Of a stretch of DNA of 64,000 nt, positions 37,284-46,795 are shown one piece after another. The notes below the pieces were generated by a model, which worked only from the letters and a program-made list of their open reading frames with translations, searched no databases and had not been told where the DNA came from. Position 1 is the stretch's first letter. Each line of letters begins with the position of its first letter. The translations under genes were made by a program, and so were the position numbers. Source of the stretch: Longimicrobiales bacterium (GTDB lineage: Bacteria > Gemmatimonadota > Gemmatimonadetes > Longimicrobiales > Gaopeijiaceae); NCBI GenBank assembly GCA_965116905.1, contig OZ220732.1:928001-992000 (forward strand), read 5' to 3'.

Positions 37284-38278
37284 GATTGCCGTCCTCCTGT
37301 GTCTTTCGGCGTCGCGTCGGCGATGTCCCGATCGACTCCGGCGATGTCTGCCGAACTCGAATCCTGACGCCGCCCGACCTGTTCCGCCACCCCCTCATCG
37401 TAGACGCGGCCCGCGTGCAAACGGTTGGGCACGCGTTCGCGGATCACCACGGTCTCGGTGATCTTGTCGTGGATCGCCTGCCGGTTCGGATCCCACCATA
37501 CCTGCGCGAATCCGAGCAGGCCGGTCGCGAGGCCGGCCATGTAGCCACCGGCCCGTTCGAGCGACATGTACAGCCCCAGCGGCTCGCCGTTGAGCCTCAC
37601 CACGCGCAGCCCCATGGCCTTCTTGCCTGGCGTTCGCCCCTGCCACAGGGCGAGGAAGAGGGTGAGGTAGACGGTGCCCCACCCGAACACCAGGCCGGCT
37701 TCGTCGGCGGCGTCGCGGACCCAGGTGAAGAGGGTGGACCGCGACTCGGCCTCGGCCAGTTGCTCGCGCAGGTCGTCGTTCTCCTCGCGGCTGTCGGCGA
37801 GGTCGTCTTCAAGGTCGTCCACGCGGACGAGCAGCGCGGCGACGCCGTCGTCGATGCCCACCGCCGCGTCGGTTTGCTGCGGTGCGGCGTCCTCTGCCGG
37901 CGGTGTGCTCAAGCCGCCCACGGCCGCGGGCACGGCCACCTCGCCGTCCGGTTCCCCGATCATGCGTATCAGGGGCGGCATGACCGTGGTGACCCCGATG
38001 GCGACCACGAAGACCATCGCTCCCGCGCACCCCAGCGCGAACTTCTGCCCGCGCGTCGCGGTCGCGCCCTCCGTGCGCCTTGTCGCCATTCGCAGGAGCA
38101 CCAGGCCCGCGATCCCTCCCAGGACCCGCCAGCCGAGCAGTTGCAGGAACCCGATGAGGACCAGGTCCAGGAGCAGGGCGACCAGGCGGCGCCAGGGTTC
38201 CGCGAGCGGCGTCCCGAGAAGGTCGGGGGTGACCGAAAACGCGTCGGGCGTGACGATCGACCTCGGGTCGCCGTTCAT
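37280..38278 (-). CDS. RDD-family membrane protein
   Basis: WRRLVALLLD, GRTPGKKAMGLRVV, IHDKITETVV. Confidence 0.88.
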   Translation of the reverse strand: MNGDPRSIVTPDAFSVTPDLLGTPLAEPWRRLVALLLDLVLIGFLQLLGWRVLGGIAGLVLLRMATRRTEGATATRGQKFALGCAGAMVFVVAIGVTTVMPPLIRMIGEPDGEVAVPAAVGGLSTPPAEDAAPQQTDAAVGIDDGVAALLVRVDDLEDDLADSREENDDLREQLAEAESRSTLFTWVRDAADEAGLVFGWGTVYLTLFLALWQGRTPGKKAMGLRVVRLNGEPLGLYMSLERAGGYMAGLATGLLGFAQVWWDPNRQAIHDKITETVVIRERVPNRLHAGRVYDEGVAEQVGRRQDSSSADIAGVDRDIADATPKDTGGRQS

Positions 38279-38307
38279 CGGATCGTCATGGGCCCGTCAT
38301 CGGCCTG

Positions 38308-38808
38308 TCATCGCCGGCGGAGGATGCCGCCCAGGATCAGGCCGGCGGCCACTCCCGCCAGAGCGGTGACGACCAGGAGGGTCTCCAGGCTGCGGGTCGG
38401 GGTGGCGGGTGCGTCCGCGGTGGCGGGGTCGCGCGTGGCGGGGTCGTGCGCGGCGGAGTCGCCGCCGGCGGCGGGTGGTTCCACGATGGTGGGGTCAAGC
38501 GCCGCTTCCTCCAGGCGGGCAAGAACGTGCTCCCTGTCGTCCTCGAGTCCGCAGGCCGGACACGTTACGAAGCCGCGTTCGCGCGCGGTGCGGTTCGTGA
38601 ACGCGAGTTCGCCGTCGCCGCGGGGGCACGGCAGGCCTGCAGGGAGCGGGGCAATGATCTCGTACAGAGTCCCCTTCGACAGATCCAGTTCCCGCGCCAG
38701 CTGGTTCACACCGGCATCGGAGTTCCAGTACCGCTCGTTCGCCTGCGTGACCACGTCGTCCGTCATATGTTTCCAGGCACTTGGGAGTTCGTCGACCGCG
38801 CTGCCCAT
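38308..38808 (-). CDS. Hypothetical protein with HTH-like segment, Zn-ribbon-like Cys and C-terminal TM
   Basis: VNQLARELDLSKGTLY, CPRG..CPAC; start uncertain. Confidence 0.6.
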   Translation of the reverse strand: MGSAVDELPSAWKHMTDDVVTQANERYWNSDAGVNQLARELDLSKGTLYEIIAPLPAGLPCPRGDGELAFTNRTARERGFVTCPACGLEDDREHVLARLEEAALDPTIVEPPAAGGDSAAHDPATRDPATADAPATPTRSLETLLVVTALAGVAAGLILGGILRRR

Positions 38809-38917
38809 ATCGAGGGGGAGCGCTACCCATAAAGGTACAGCGGGCGATACGATGTATACACGGGGCGGCGTGGCGCCGTTCGTCCAGCCCCGGGCACGCC
38901 AGCCGGCAAGGGGAAGC

Positions 38918-39175
38918 ATGCGCTCAAGAGCGAAGGTCATCGGGAGCCTGGAACGGGTCTACCGGGAAGCATTCGAAAAGGCGGCCGAGTCGAAGGACCA
39001 GGCACGTATGGACCGGCTCGATTTCGGCTTTCAGAGGGACCAGGTCCTCCTTGAGGCGTTGCTCGATGTGCGCGAGTGTCTGGTCGGCTTGCGCCGCGAC
39101 GAGGCCCCTGACGAGCCCAGTCTGCTGGACAAGGCCATGGCCATCCGCAACCTCACGAGGCTGAGGCCGCGGTGA
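38918..39175 (+). CDS. Small hypothetical helical protein (85 aa)
   Basis: MRSRAKVIGSLERVYREAF..; GTGA overlap with the next gene. Confidence 0.6.
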   Translation: MRSRAKVIGSLERVYREAFEKAAESKDQARMDRLDFGFQRDQVLLEALLDVRECLVGLRRDEAPDEPSLLDKAMAIRNLTRLRPR

Positions 39176-39723
39176 AGATCTATACACGGCGCGGCGACAG
39201 CGGCAGCACCGGCCTGTTCGGAGGCGGGAGGACGAGCAAGGACGACGTGCGGGTTGAAGCGTACGGCACCGTGGACGAACTGAACGCGGTCATCGGCAGT
39301 GCGCTCAACCACGTCATGGAGCCGGCAATCGGGCGGCGCCTGAAGCGCGTTCAGTCCGACCTCTTCGCGATCGGCGCCCATCTTGCCACTCCGCCTCCCA
39401 CTGGACGGCGGCGGCCCCCCGAGCTGCCGGAGCTGCCGGTGGAGCGCGTCGCGGCCATGGAATCGTGGATCGACGAGGCGATGTCCGCCACGCCGGCACT
39501 GCGCAACTTCATCCTTCCGGCGGGCAATCCCGGCGCCAGCGGGCTGCACGTGGCCCGAGCGGTCTGCCGAAGAGCCGAGAGGCGCGTTGTGACGCTGGCC
39601 GCCTCCTCGCACGTCGCCCCCGAGATCGTCCGGTACCTGAACCGGTTGTCCGACTACCTCTTTGCCGCGGCTCGCCGGGAAAACGCTGCCGCCGGTGAGA
39701 CGGACATCGAATGGCAGGCATGA
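39172..39723 (+). CDS. ATP:cob(I)alamin adenosyltransferase (PduO/MMAB type)
   Basis: KIYTRRGDSGSTG, YGTVDELN, CRRAER, YLNRLSD. Confidence 0.95.
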   Translation: MKIYTRRGDSGSTGLFGGGRTSKDDVRVEAYGTVDELNAVIGSALNHVMEPAIGRRLKRVQSDLFAIGAHLATPPPTGRRRPPELPELPVERVAAMESWIDEAMSATPALRNFILPAGNPGASGLHVARAVCRRAERRVVTLAASSHVAPEIVRYLNRLSDYLFAAARRENAAAGETDIEWQA

Positions 39724-40571
39724 CCGGGCCGGTGATCCACGAACGGGGCGAGACCACGCCGCCCCACGGCGACGTCATCCGCCTCGACGTCCGCCGCCCG
39801 GCTCGCGGCGAGCCCCGCACGGCTGTCCTGGTCGCCCACGGCTTCAAGGGGTTCAAGGACTGGGGATTCTTCCCCTGGCTCTGTGAGCGGCTCGCGCAGG
39901 ACGGGCACCTGGTCGTGTCGTTCAACTTCTCGCTCAACGGCACGGGACCGGAGCTGCTCGAGTTCACGGATCTCGACGCCTTCGGCCGCAATACGCTGTC
40001 CCGCGAACTGGACGATCTGCGCTGGATGGTGGACCGGATGCGTGCCGGCGACTGGAGCGATGGGACGGCGCAAGAGTCGGTGGGGCTTCTCGGTCACAGC
40101 CGCGGCGGGGGCACGGGCTTGATCACGGCTGCCGAGCACCAGGGAGTGTCCGCGCTCGTGACGTGGGCCGCGGTCGCGACGTTCCACCGCTGGAGCGAGC
40201 AGCAGGTGGCGGATTGGATGTCAAGGGAGGTGACCTGGGTATCCAACGCCCGCACCGGACAGGAAATGCCAATGTACAGGACCTTCTGGGAGGACCTGGG
40301 GGACAATCGGGCACGGCTGGACGTGCTTGCCGCGGCGGCGCGGGTGCGCGTGCCCTGGCTCATCGTCCACGGTTCCGAGGACTCGACGGTCCCCGTCGCG
40401 GAAGCCCGGCAGTTGCACGAGTCGGGGTCGGCCTCGTCGCTGCGGGTCGTCGACGGTTCCGGCCATGCCTTCGAGGCCGTTCACCCGCCAAAGGAGGCCA
40501 CTCCCGGCCTGAATGCGGCGGTTGACGCCTCCCTGCTGCACTTTCGGGAATCTCTTCGCGGCGGCCGGTAG
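39720..40571 (+). CDS. Alpha/beta hydrolase
   Basis: HGFKGFKDWG, GHSRG nucleophile elbow, HGSED, GH. Confidence 0.9.
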   Translation: MTGPVIHERGETTPPHGDVIRLDVRRPARGEPRTAVLVAHGFKGFKDWGFFPWLCERLAQDGHLVVSFNFSLNGTGPELLEFTDLDAFGRNTLSRELDDLRWMVDRMRAGDWSDGTAQESVGLLGHSRGGGTGLITAAEHQGVSALVTWAAVATFHRWSEQQVADWMSREVTWVSNARTGQEMPMYRTFWEDLGDNRARLDVLAAAARVRVPWLIVHGSEDSTVPVAEARQLHESGSASSLRVVDGSGHAFEAVHPPKEATPGLNAAVDASLLHFRESLRGGR

Positions 40572-40685
40572 TGGAGAGCGTCAGGGTTGCGACCCGGGTA
40601 CCATTCGACAATCATTCTCGACGGTTGCCGAGTCCCGTCGAAGGACAGACAGGATGACCAGAAACAAAACATCCAGAGGTGTCTG

Positions 40686-40919
40686 GTGACATACATCATT
40701 ACCGAGCCCTGCATCGGAACGAAGGATGCGAGTTGCGTCGAGGTCTGCCCGGTCGATTGCATCTATGAGACCGAGGACCAGTACCTCATTCACCCCGACG
40801 AGTGCATCGACTGCGGTGCCTGCGAGCCGGAGTGTCCCGTTCAGGCGATCTTCCCGGACACCGATGTCCCGCCCGAATGGAACGACTACATCGAGAAGAA
40901 CATCTCCTACTTCGAATAG
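40686..40919 (+). CDS. fdxA: Dicluster (7Fe-type) ferredoxin
   Basis: [14 protein letters not shown] and [12 protein letters not shown]. Confidence 0.92.
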   Translation: MTYIITEPCIGTKDASCVEVCPVDCIYETEDQYLIHPDECIDCGACEPECPVQAIFPDTDVPPEWNDYIEKNISYFE

Positions 40920-40995
40920 GTCCGGGCCACACGCGCGGCGCGGCCCGTGAAAGCGGGGGCGGCCCGAGACTTGGGCGCGGCCCCGTGAAACGCAC

Positions 40996-41035
40996 AAGGG
41001 GGGCGACCGGTGACCGGTCACCCCCCTTGCTTTTT
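40996..41035 (+). terminator. Rho-independent terminator after the ferredoxin
   Basis: AAGGGGGG-c-GACCGG tga CCGGTC-a-CCCCCCTT followed by gcttttt. Confidence 0.75.
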
Positions 41036-41133
41036 GCTTCGGGTTCGCTCGGGGATGGGATCTTCCATCCCTGGCAGAACCGCCCGGCCTGCGTTGGCGC
41101 GACGCTGCACGGGCTCCGGTTCGCCAGAGATCT

Positions 41134-41313
41134 CTAGATCCCCAACTCCCTCAGCTTCTCCAGCCGGATCTTCCCGGGAATGGTCTCGCCGGGCGGAACC
41201 CTGTCGAGCTTGGTCTCGACGGGCTCCGGCTTTTGATTGCCCTGCCGGAGAAGCGCGACGCCCGCGGCCATCAGAGCGGCCGCACCAAGCAGGTTGACAG
41301 TGGACTTTCGAAT
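41134..41313 (-). CDS. Unannotated 59-aa small membrane-anchored protein, possible ATT start
   Basis: AGGAGG 5 nt before ATT; IRKSTVNLLGAAALMAAGVALLRQ..LEKLRELGI*. Confidence 0.5.
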   Translation of the reverse strand: MRKSTVNLLGAAALMAAGVALLRQGNQKPEPVETKLDRVPPGETIPGKIRLEKLRELGI

Positions 41314-41534
41314 CGCTCCCTCCTGTTGTCCAGAGTGTGAATGCCGATATCCTTCACGCGAACGACATATAATATCGGCAATATCCGTGCCAATGGTCTC
41401 GCCAGTGGGTGCGGACAGGACTCAACGTCCGCTCCTTCATGGATTTATCTGCGGTCTTGACGAAACGGGGCCGGGCGGCCGCCGCGCCGCTGCAGGCTGT
41501 TCCGTGTCCCACTTTCCTGACGAGCAAACGAAAA

Positions 41535-42737
41535 ATGGACTCACACATCACTCAACGGGCCGATCCCGTCGACATGACACGCAGGCTGGTTCGCACGCCT
41601 TCGGTCAATCCCGGCCTGGAAAAAGGCGGTGCCGGGGAACGCGCCGTCGCCGAGCTGGCAGCGGGGTGGCTTTCCGGCTGGGGATACGAAACGGTGGTCA
41701 CCGAAGTGTCGCCGGGACGCTCCAACGTGGTCTCCCGACGCGGCGGAGGATCGGGCCCGTCTCTGCTTCTTAACGGCCATCTGGACACGGTCGGCGTGTC
41801 CGGAATGACCGAACCGTTTTCCGGCGCTGTGCGTGAAGGCCGGCTGTACGGCCGCGGCGCCGCCGACATGAAGGCCGGCGTGGCGTGCATCCTGGCCGCC
41901 GCGGCCGAACTGGCGGCCGAGCCGGCCTCCGGCCCTATCCCCGGTGAGCTGATCGTGGCCCTCACCGCCGACGAGGAGCACGCGTCCATCGGCATGGAGG
42001 CGCTGGTCGCGTCGGGAGTGGCGGCCGATGCGGCGGTCGTCTGCGAGCCCACCAGCCTCGCCGTCATGCCGGCGCACAAGGGGTTCCTGTGGATCGACGC
42101 GCGGGTGACGGGTCGTGCGGCGCACGGGTCCCGGCCCCATGTGGGGGTGGACGCGATCGCGCACATGGGCCACGTCCTGGTCGCGTTCGAAGAGGAGGCG
42201 GAACGCCTTGGACGGGAGACCGGACACGCACTGCTGGGGCCCGCGTCGCTTCATGCCGGCACGATCCGGGGCGGGAGTGCGCCCTCGGTCTACCCGGACC
42301 GGTGCGATCTGGTCGTGGAACGGCGAACGCTGCCGGGCGAAACGGCGGCGTCGGTCATGGGCGAGACGGAGCGGGTGGTGGCCGCGGCGCGGCAACGCTG
42401 TCCGGAGTTGAACGCGAGCATCGAGCCGGGACTCTTCCGCGCGGCGACCGAAGTGCCGGTCTCGTCACCGCTGGTGACCGGGCTCCGCCGGGCCTGCGCC
42501 CGCGCCGGACTTCCCGGCGATGTCAGGGGGATGTCCGCGTGGGTGGACGCCTGCTTCCTGAACGAGAGCGGCACCCCGGCCGTCTGCTTCGGACCGGGAT
42601 CGATCGCGCAGGCACACACGGCCGACGAATGGGTGAGCGTGTCCGAGATCGAGACCTGCGCCCGGGTGCTAGGCGACTTTTCGCGCCGATTCCTGGCCGG
42701 TAAAGCGAGCGCGCCGGGTAAAGCGAACGCCGGGTGA
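41535..42737 (+). CDS. M20 family peptidase/deacylase (ArgE/DapE-like)
   Basis: NGHLDTV, GRGAADMKAG, DEE, CEPT, AHTADE. Confidence 0.92.
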   Translation: MDSHITQRADPVDMTRRLVRTPSVNPGLEKGGAGERAVAELAAGWLSGWGYETVVTEVSPGRSNVVSRRGGGSGPSLLLNGHLDTVGVSGMTEPFSGAVREGRLYGRGAADMKAGVACILAAAAELAAEPASGPIPGELIVALTADEEHASIGMEALVASGVAADAAVVCEPTSLAVMPAHKGFLWIDARVTGRAAHGSRPHVGVDAIAHMGHVLVAFEEEAERLGRETGHALLGPASLHAGTIRGGSAPSVYPDRCDLVVERRTLPGETAASVMGETERVVAAARQRCPELNASIEPGLFRAATEVPVSSPLVTGLRRACARAGLPGDVRGMSAWVDACFLNESGTPAVCFGPGSIAQAHTADEWVSVSEIETCARVLGDFSRRFLAGKASAPGKANAG

Positions 42738-42751
42738 AGCGAACGGCCGGG

Positions 42752-43156
42752 CTACCGCGCCCGGCTCGTCACAACGATGGCGCCCCCGGGGAAGTTCGTC
42801 CCATACCGCATCGTGGCGTCCGAAGCGTTGAGATACCGTATCGATTCGATGTCGGAGACGGCGATCGAGCGCAGCGCGTTCTCGGGATCCCCGAGCCGGG
42901 CGCCGTCCTGCAGGACCTGGGGCCGGTTCGCGCCTGCCGAGCCCTGGCCACGCCCGGTCAGCCACCGGGGCCGGAGGCGCCGGACGACATCGAGGGCCGA
43001 GAGGGTGGCGTATTCGGTCAATTCCTCGGCGGTGATGAGATTGGGGTCCCGCCGGGGACCACTGGGGCGTCCCGTGCTGGAACAAGCGGCGAGGGCCGTT
43101 ACCACGCCGAACGCGATAATGAAGCTCAACGTCATGTGCGAACGATTCAGGCGCAT
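42752..43156 (-). CDS. Lipoprotein with a stand-alone TonB plug-like domain
   Basis: LAAC lipobox, ITAEEL, DIESIRYL..YG..GAIVV. Confidence 0.7.
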   Translation of the reverse strand: MRLNRSHMTLSFIIAFGVVTALAACSSTGRPSGPRRDPNLITAEELTEYATLSALDVVRRLRPRWLTGRGQGSAGANRPQVLQDGARLGDPENALRSIAVSDIESIRYLNASDATMRYGTNFPGGAIVVTSRAR

Positions 43157-43253
43157 ACCCTACTCCTTTGTTGGCGGGGAGTGACCCTGGTATTGGGGCC
43201 ACAGCCGGGACATCCCCGGGGCGGACATTGTAAGTCTCCGGGAGCGGCGGCTG

Positions 43254-44480
43254 TCAAGACGTCAGCGCGGGGAGAGGGATTCTCACGACATACGGGACGT
43301 CCAGTTCGTCCAGAAACCACGCGTAGATGTTGCCATTGCGAATCCGCAGCGGTCCCCGTGGAGTCCCGCCCAGCACCAGGCGCAGGGAGCCCAGGTAGTC
43401 CCCCTCGTGGGTGAAGAGATCGTAGAAGGACGGCTCGTCGCCTCCGGTGACGCGCTGGACCCAGAGCCATCCGCCGGGATCGACGAAAACGCCTCGCAGA
43501 ATCGGCTTCACGTCGGGCATCAGGTCCGCGATCGCTTCGGCTGCGCGACGGCTCTCCGGATCGCGCTCGACCATCTCACGCACGAAATCGGCCCGGTCCT
43601 CGTCCGTCACGGGATCGACGGGCAGATCGGCCTCGATCACCAGCACGGTGTCTCCTGCCTCATCCGTCCGCGCCAGGCGGTACGAGGCCGTGTTCGCGTG
43701 CCACAGCCCTCCCGCCGGAATCACGCGCACAACCCGGCCGCCCTCGAAGGGAATGCCCCGGTAGGACCAGCCGCCGCCCTCCTCGGAAATGTACGACCGC
43801 CCCGAACTCTCCCCCGTGTAGACCGAATCCGTGTCCTCCGTGGCGGGGTCGTACCACTTGAAGTAGGTGCGAAAGGAAGACTCGACGAGCCCCGTCTCCG
43901 GTGGCCAGGACCGCTCTTCGTCGGAGTGGCTCGTGGCCCTCCACAGGCGTCCGCGGTCGTCCCACACCGGGTCCCAGATATACCCGTAGCTGCGGACCGG
44001 GAAGGGGAACCGCGCGACCTCGTCGCCGGCGAGGTTGACGCCGATGATGTCCATCTGCCCGTGATCGTTCATCCAGAGGAGACTGTCGCCCTGGAGAAAG
44101 ATGCCGTTGGCCTCCCTGATCTCGCCCGGCCCCTCGCCCTGGGACGCCAGCACCTCGATGAACGTGCCGTCGGGGGCGAACGCCCTGACCTCGGAAGCCT
44201 GGTAGTCCAGCACGTAGATCGTGCCGTCGCCGGCGGCCTCGACGCCCCGGATGTCGCCGAAAATGTAGTTGGGGTCGCCCTCGAGGACGCCGACCTTGAG
44301 GTCTGCACGCGCGTCGGCCACCGACGGAGCGGCGGCGTCAATGGGCGGGAGAGCCGTGTACCTTATGAGCCATGCGCCGTTGGGGAGCGTCTCACGCACG
44401 GCGTTGGTGGCCGTGGAGGTTTCCGAGGCGCACGACCAGGAGGCCGAAATGGCGACGAGGACGGGAAGCGCGCGGGGCAT
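43254..44480 (-). CDS. 6-bladed beta-propeller lipoprotein
   Basis: SWSC, SQGEGPGEI, C-terminal DELDVPYVVR. Confidence 0.85.
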   Translation of the reverse strand: MPRALPVLVAISASWSCASETSTATNAVRETLPNGAWLIRYTALPPIDAAAPSVADARADLKVGVLEGDPNYIFGDIRGVEAAGDGTIYVLDYQASEVRAFAPDGTFIEVLASQGEGPGEIREANGIFLQGDSLLWMNDHGQMDIIGVNLAGDEVARFPFPVRSYGYIWDPVWDDRGRLWRATSHSDEERSWPPETGLVESSFRTYFKWYDPATEDTDSVYTGESSGRSYISEEGGGWSYRGIPFEGGRVVRVIPAGGLWHANTASYRLARTDEAGDTVLVIEADLPVDPVTDEDRADFVREMVERDPESRRAAEAIADLMPDVKPILRGVFVDPGGWLWVQRVTGGDEPSFYDLFTHEGDYLGSLRLVLGGTPRGPLRIRNGNIYAWFLDELDVPYVVRIPLPALTS

Positions 44481-44583
44481 TGGGGACTTGCTCGGGGCTG
44501 CGAGTCGACGAATGGATAGAATGGACGAATGGATACAATGATTGTATCGGAGAAGTGACGTCGATGTTCCCAATGGCCATGTC

Positions 44584-45066
44584 ATGCGCTACCTGACTCC
44601 CGACACCGCCCACGAGGCGCTGGGGCGGACGTTCGTGTCCGACTGGATCGAGGTCGACCAGGAACGCATCACCACCTTCGGCCACGTCACCGAGGACCTG
44701 GATCCGCACCATGTGGACCCTGCGTACGCCGCGGAGCACAGCCCGTGGGGCGGCACCATCGCCTTCGGTTTCCTGACCCTGTCGCTGATGACCCCGATGT
44801 TGTACCAGGTCTACCGGTACCGGATGGACGGCGGGCGCGAGGACGGATATCCGGCCAGCTACGGTTTCGACAAGGTGCGATTCGTGTCTCCCGTTCCCTC
44901 GGGATCGCGGATTCGGGGGCATTTCACGGTCAAGGACGTCACCGAGCGCAAGCAGGGTCAACTTAAGATTACCTTTGATTGCCGCGTGGAGATCGAAGGC
45001 GAGGAAAGGCCCGCGCTTGTGGGAGAATGGCTTTCGCTGTGGCTGACGCCGCCCGCGGGGGAGTGA
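44584..45066 (+). CDS. MaoC-family dehydratase
   Basis: TEDLDPHHVDP, GTIAFGFLTLSL, YGFDKVRFVSPV. Confidence 0.9.
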   Translation: MRYLTPDTAHEALGRTFVSDWIEVDQERITTFGHVTEDLDPHHVDPAYAAEHSPWGGTIAFGFLTLSLMTPMLYQVYRYRMDGGREDGYPASYGFDKVRFVSPVPSGSRIRGHFTVKDVTERKQGQLKITFDCRVEIEGEERPALVGEWLSLWLTPPAGE

Positions 45067-46709
45067 CCCGCCCCGGGTGCGGGTCCAGGGTGCCGACCAA
45101 CGCGACCCTCCTCGCCGAGCGGGCACGGACCCATGCCGACAAGCTCTTCCTGCGCTTTCGCGAGGCGGACTTCACCTATGCGGACTTTGATCGCCGCGTC
45201 GGGTGGCTGGCGTCGGGGATCCGGGCGCACGGCCTGGGTGGGGTGATCCCGACGCTTCTTCCCAACTGTGCCGACGCGGTCGCGCTCTGGTTTGCCGCCA
45301 ACCGCGCGGGAGCGGTCTGGGCCCCGCTCAACACCGGTTTTCGCGGAATCGGACTGGCGCACGCGGTCAACCTGACGGGTTCCCGCGACCTGATCGTGGA
45401 CCAGTCGCTGGTGGACCCCCTTCTCGGCGCCGCCGACCGCCTGGAACACGTGGAAAGGCTCTTCGTCCGCGGCCTGGACGAGGAGGCATCCCGGGCGCTG
45501 TCACGAGCGAGCCGCCGTTTCACGGTGCTGCCGTTCGAGGCCATCGTGCGCGCCGATGACGGTGCGCCGGCCCACGGTGCGTCGGCCCACAGTGCGTCTC
45601 CCCACGGTGCGTCGCCCCACCGTCCGGCGTCGCCGGCGGATCCGTCCCTACTCATCTACACGTCGGGCACCACGGGCGCGTCGAAGGCCTGCGAGCTGTC
45701 CCACCGCTACGTCCTGGGCCAGGCCGCACAACTCGCCCGCGCCGCCCGCATGCGTTCGGACGACGTGATCTTCTGCCCGTATCCCGTGTTTCACTGGGAC
45801 GCCACGATCGGAACGGTGGGCCCGGCCCTGCACCTCGGAGCGACCGCCGTCATCACGGAGCGTTTCAGCGTTTCCCGCTTCTGGTCGGACGTGCGCAGCT
45901 ACGGAGTGACGGTGTTCGACTTCATGGGCGCGACGCTGACCTTCCTCTACAATCAGGAGCCCCGCGAGGACGACGCGGACAATCCCGCGCGACTCGGATG
46001 GGGCGTCCCGATGCCGGCGTTCCAGACCGATTTCGAGCGGCGTTTCGGCCTCAGGCTTGTCGAGGGCTACGGATCGACGGAGCTGGGCGTCGCCGTGTTT
46101 TGCGACCTGGAAGACACCCGTCCGCCACCGCCGGGCTCGTGCGGCCGATGCCTTCCCGAGTTTCGGCTGCGCATTGTGGACGACGACGGTCGACCGCTTC
46201 CGCCGGGGAGCGTGGGCGAGATCGCGGCGAGGCCTGCGGCTGCCGACGACCGGCACCTGATGATGACGGGGTACTATCGCATGCCCGAGGCGAACCGCGA
46301 GGCGTTTCGCGACGGCTGGTTCCACACGGGCGATCTGGGCCGCCTGGACGAGGCGGGCAACCTGTACTTCGAGGGCCGCAGGAAGGACGCGATCCGACGG
46401 CGGGGCGAGAACATCTCGGCCTTCGAAATCGAGCAGGTGATCGAGTCCCACCCGGCCGTCGTCGAGGCGGCGGCCTACGGCGTGCCGAGCGAATTCACGG
46501 AAGAGGACGTTGCCCTGGCGGTGGTGGTCAGGGACGGTCGCCAGCTCGGCGCCGACGAGATCCTGGAGTACTGCCGCGGGCGGATGGCGCGCTACATGGT
46601 TCCGGACCACGTGCGCTTCCTGGACGCGTTGCCGAAGACTCCCACGGAGAAGATCTCCAAGCAGCTTCTCCGCGAATGGCATGTTCCCCCGGCTGGACCG
46701 AATCGCTAG
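45063..46709 (+). CDS. Acyl-CoA ligase (CaiC-like AMP-binding protein)
   Basis: YTSGTTGASK, YGSTE, FHTGDLG, LPKTPTEK. Confidence 0.9.
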   Translation: MTRPGCGSRVPTNATLLAERARTHADKLFLRFREADFTYADFDRRVGWLASGIRAHGLGGVIPTLLPNCADAVALWFAANRAGAVWAPLNTGFRGIGLAHAVNLTGSRDLIVDQSLVDPLLGAADRLEHVERLFVRGLDEEASRALSRASRRFTVLPFEAIVRADDGAPAHGASAHSASPHGASPHRPASPADPSLLIYTSGTTGASKACELSHRYVLGQAAQLARAARMRSDDVIFCPYPVFHWDATIGTVGPALHLGATAVITERFSVSRFWSDVRSYGVTVFDFMGATLTFLYNQEPREDDADNPARLGWGVPMPAFQTDFERRFGLRLVEGYGSTELGVAVFCDLEDTRPPPPGSCGRCLPEFRLRIVDDDGRPLPPGSVGEIAARPAAADDRHLMMTGYYRMPEANREAFRDGWFHTGDLGRLDEAGNLYFEGRRKDAIRRRGENISAFEIEQVIESHPAVVEAAAYGVPSEFTEEDVALAVVVRDGRQLGADEILEYCRGRMARYMVPDHVRFLDALPKTPTEKISKQLLREWHVPPAGPNR

Positions 46710-46795
46710 CATTCCATTGGCCGTGTGCGGGGAAGCGTCACGAACGGAACGGGTGACGGCGGTCCCCGCGCTCCAAGGTCCCATCCGGAGACGAG

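Noticed and set aside
30159..39175. Numerous long antisense or overlapping ORFs (e.g. 30159..32465, 37286..39175)
   Set aside because: These are shadow ORFs typical of high-GC DNA opposite well-supported genes; only the last 85 codons of 37286..39175 look like a real gene.
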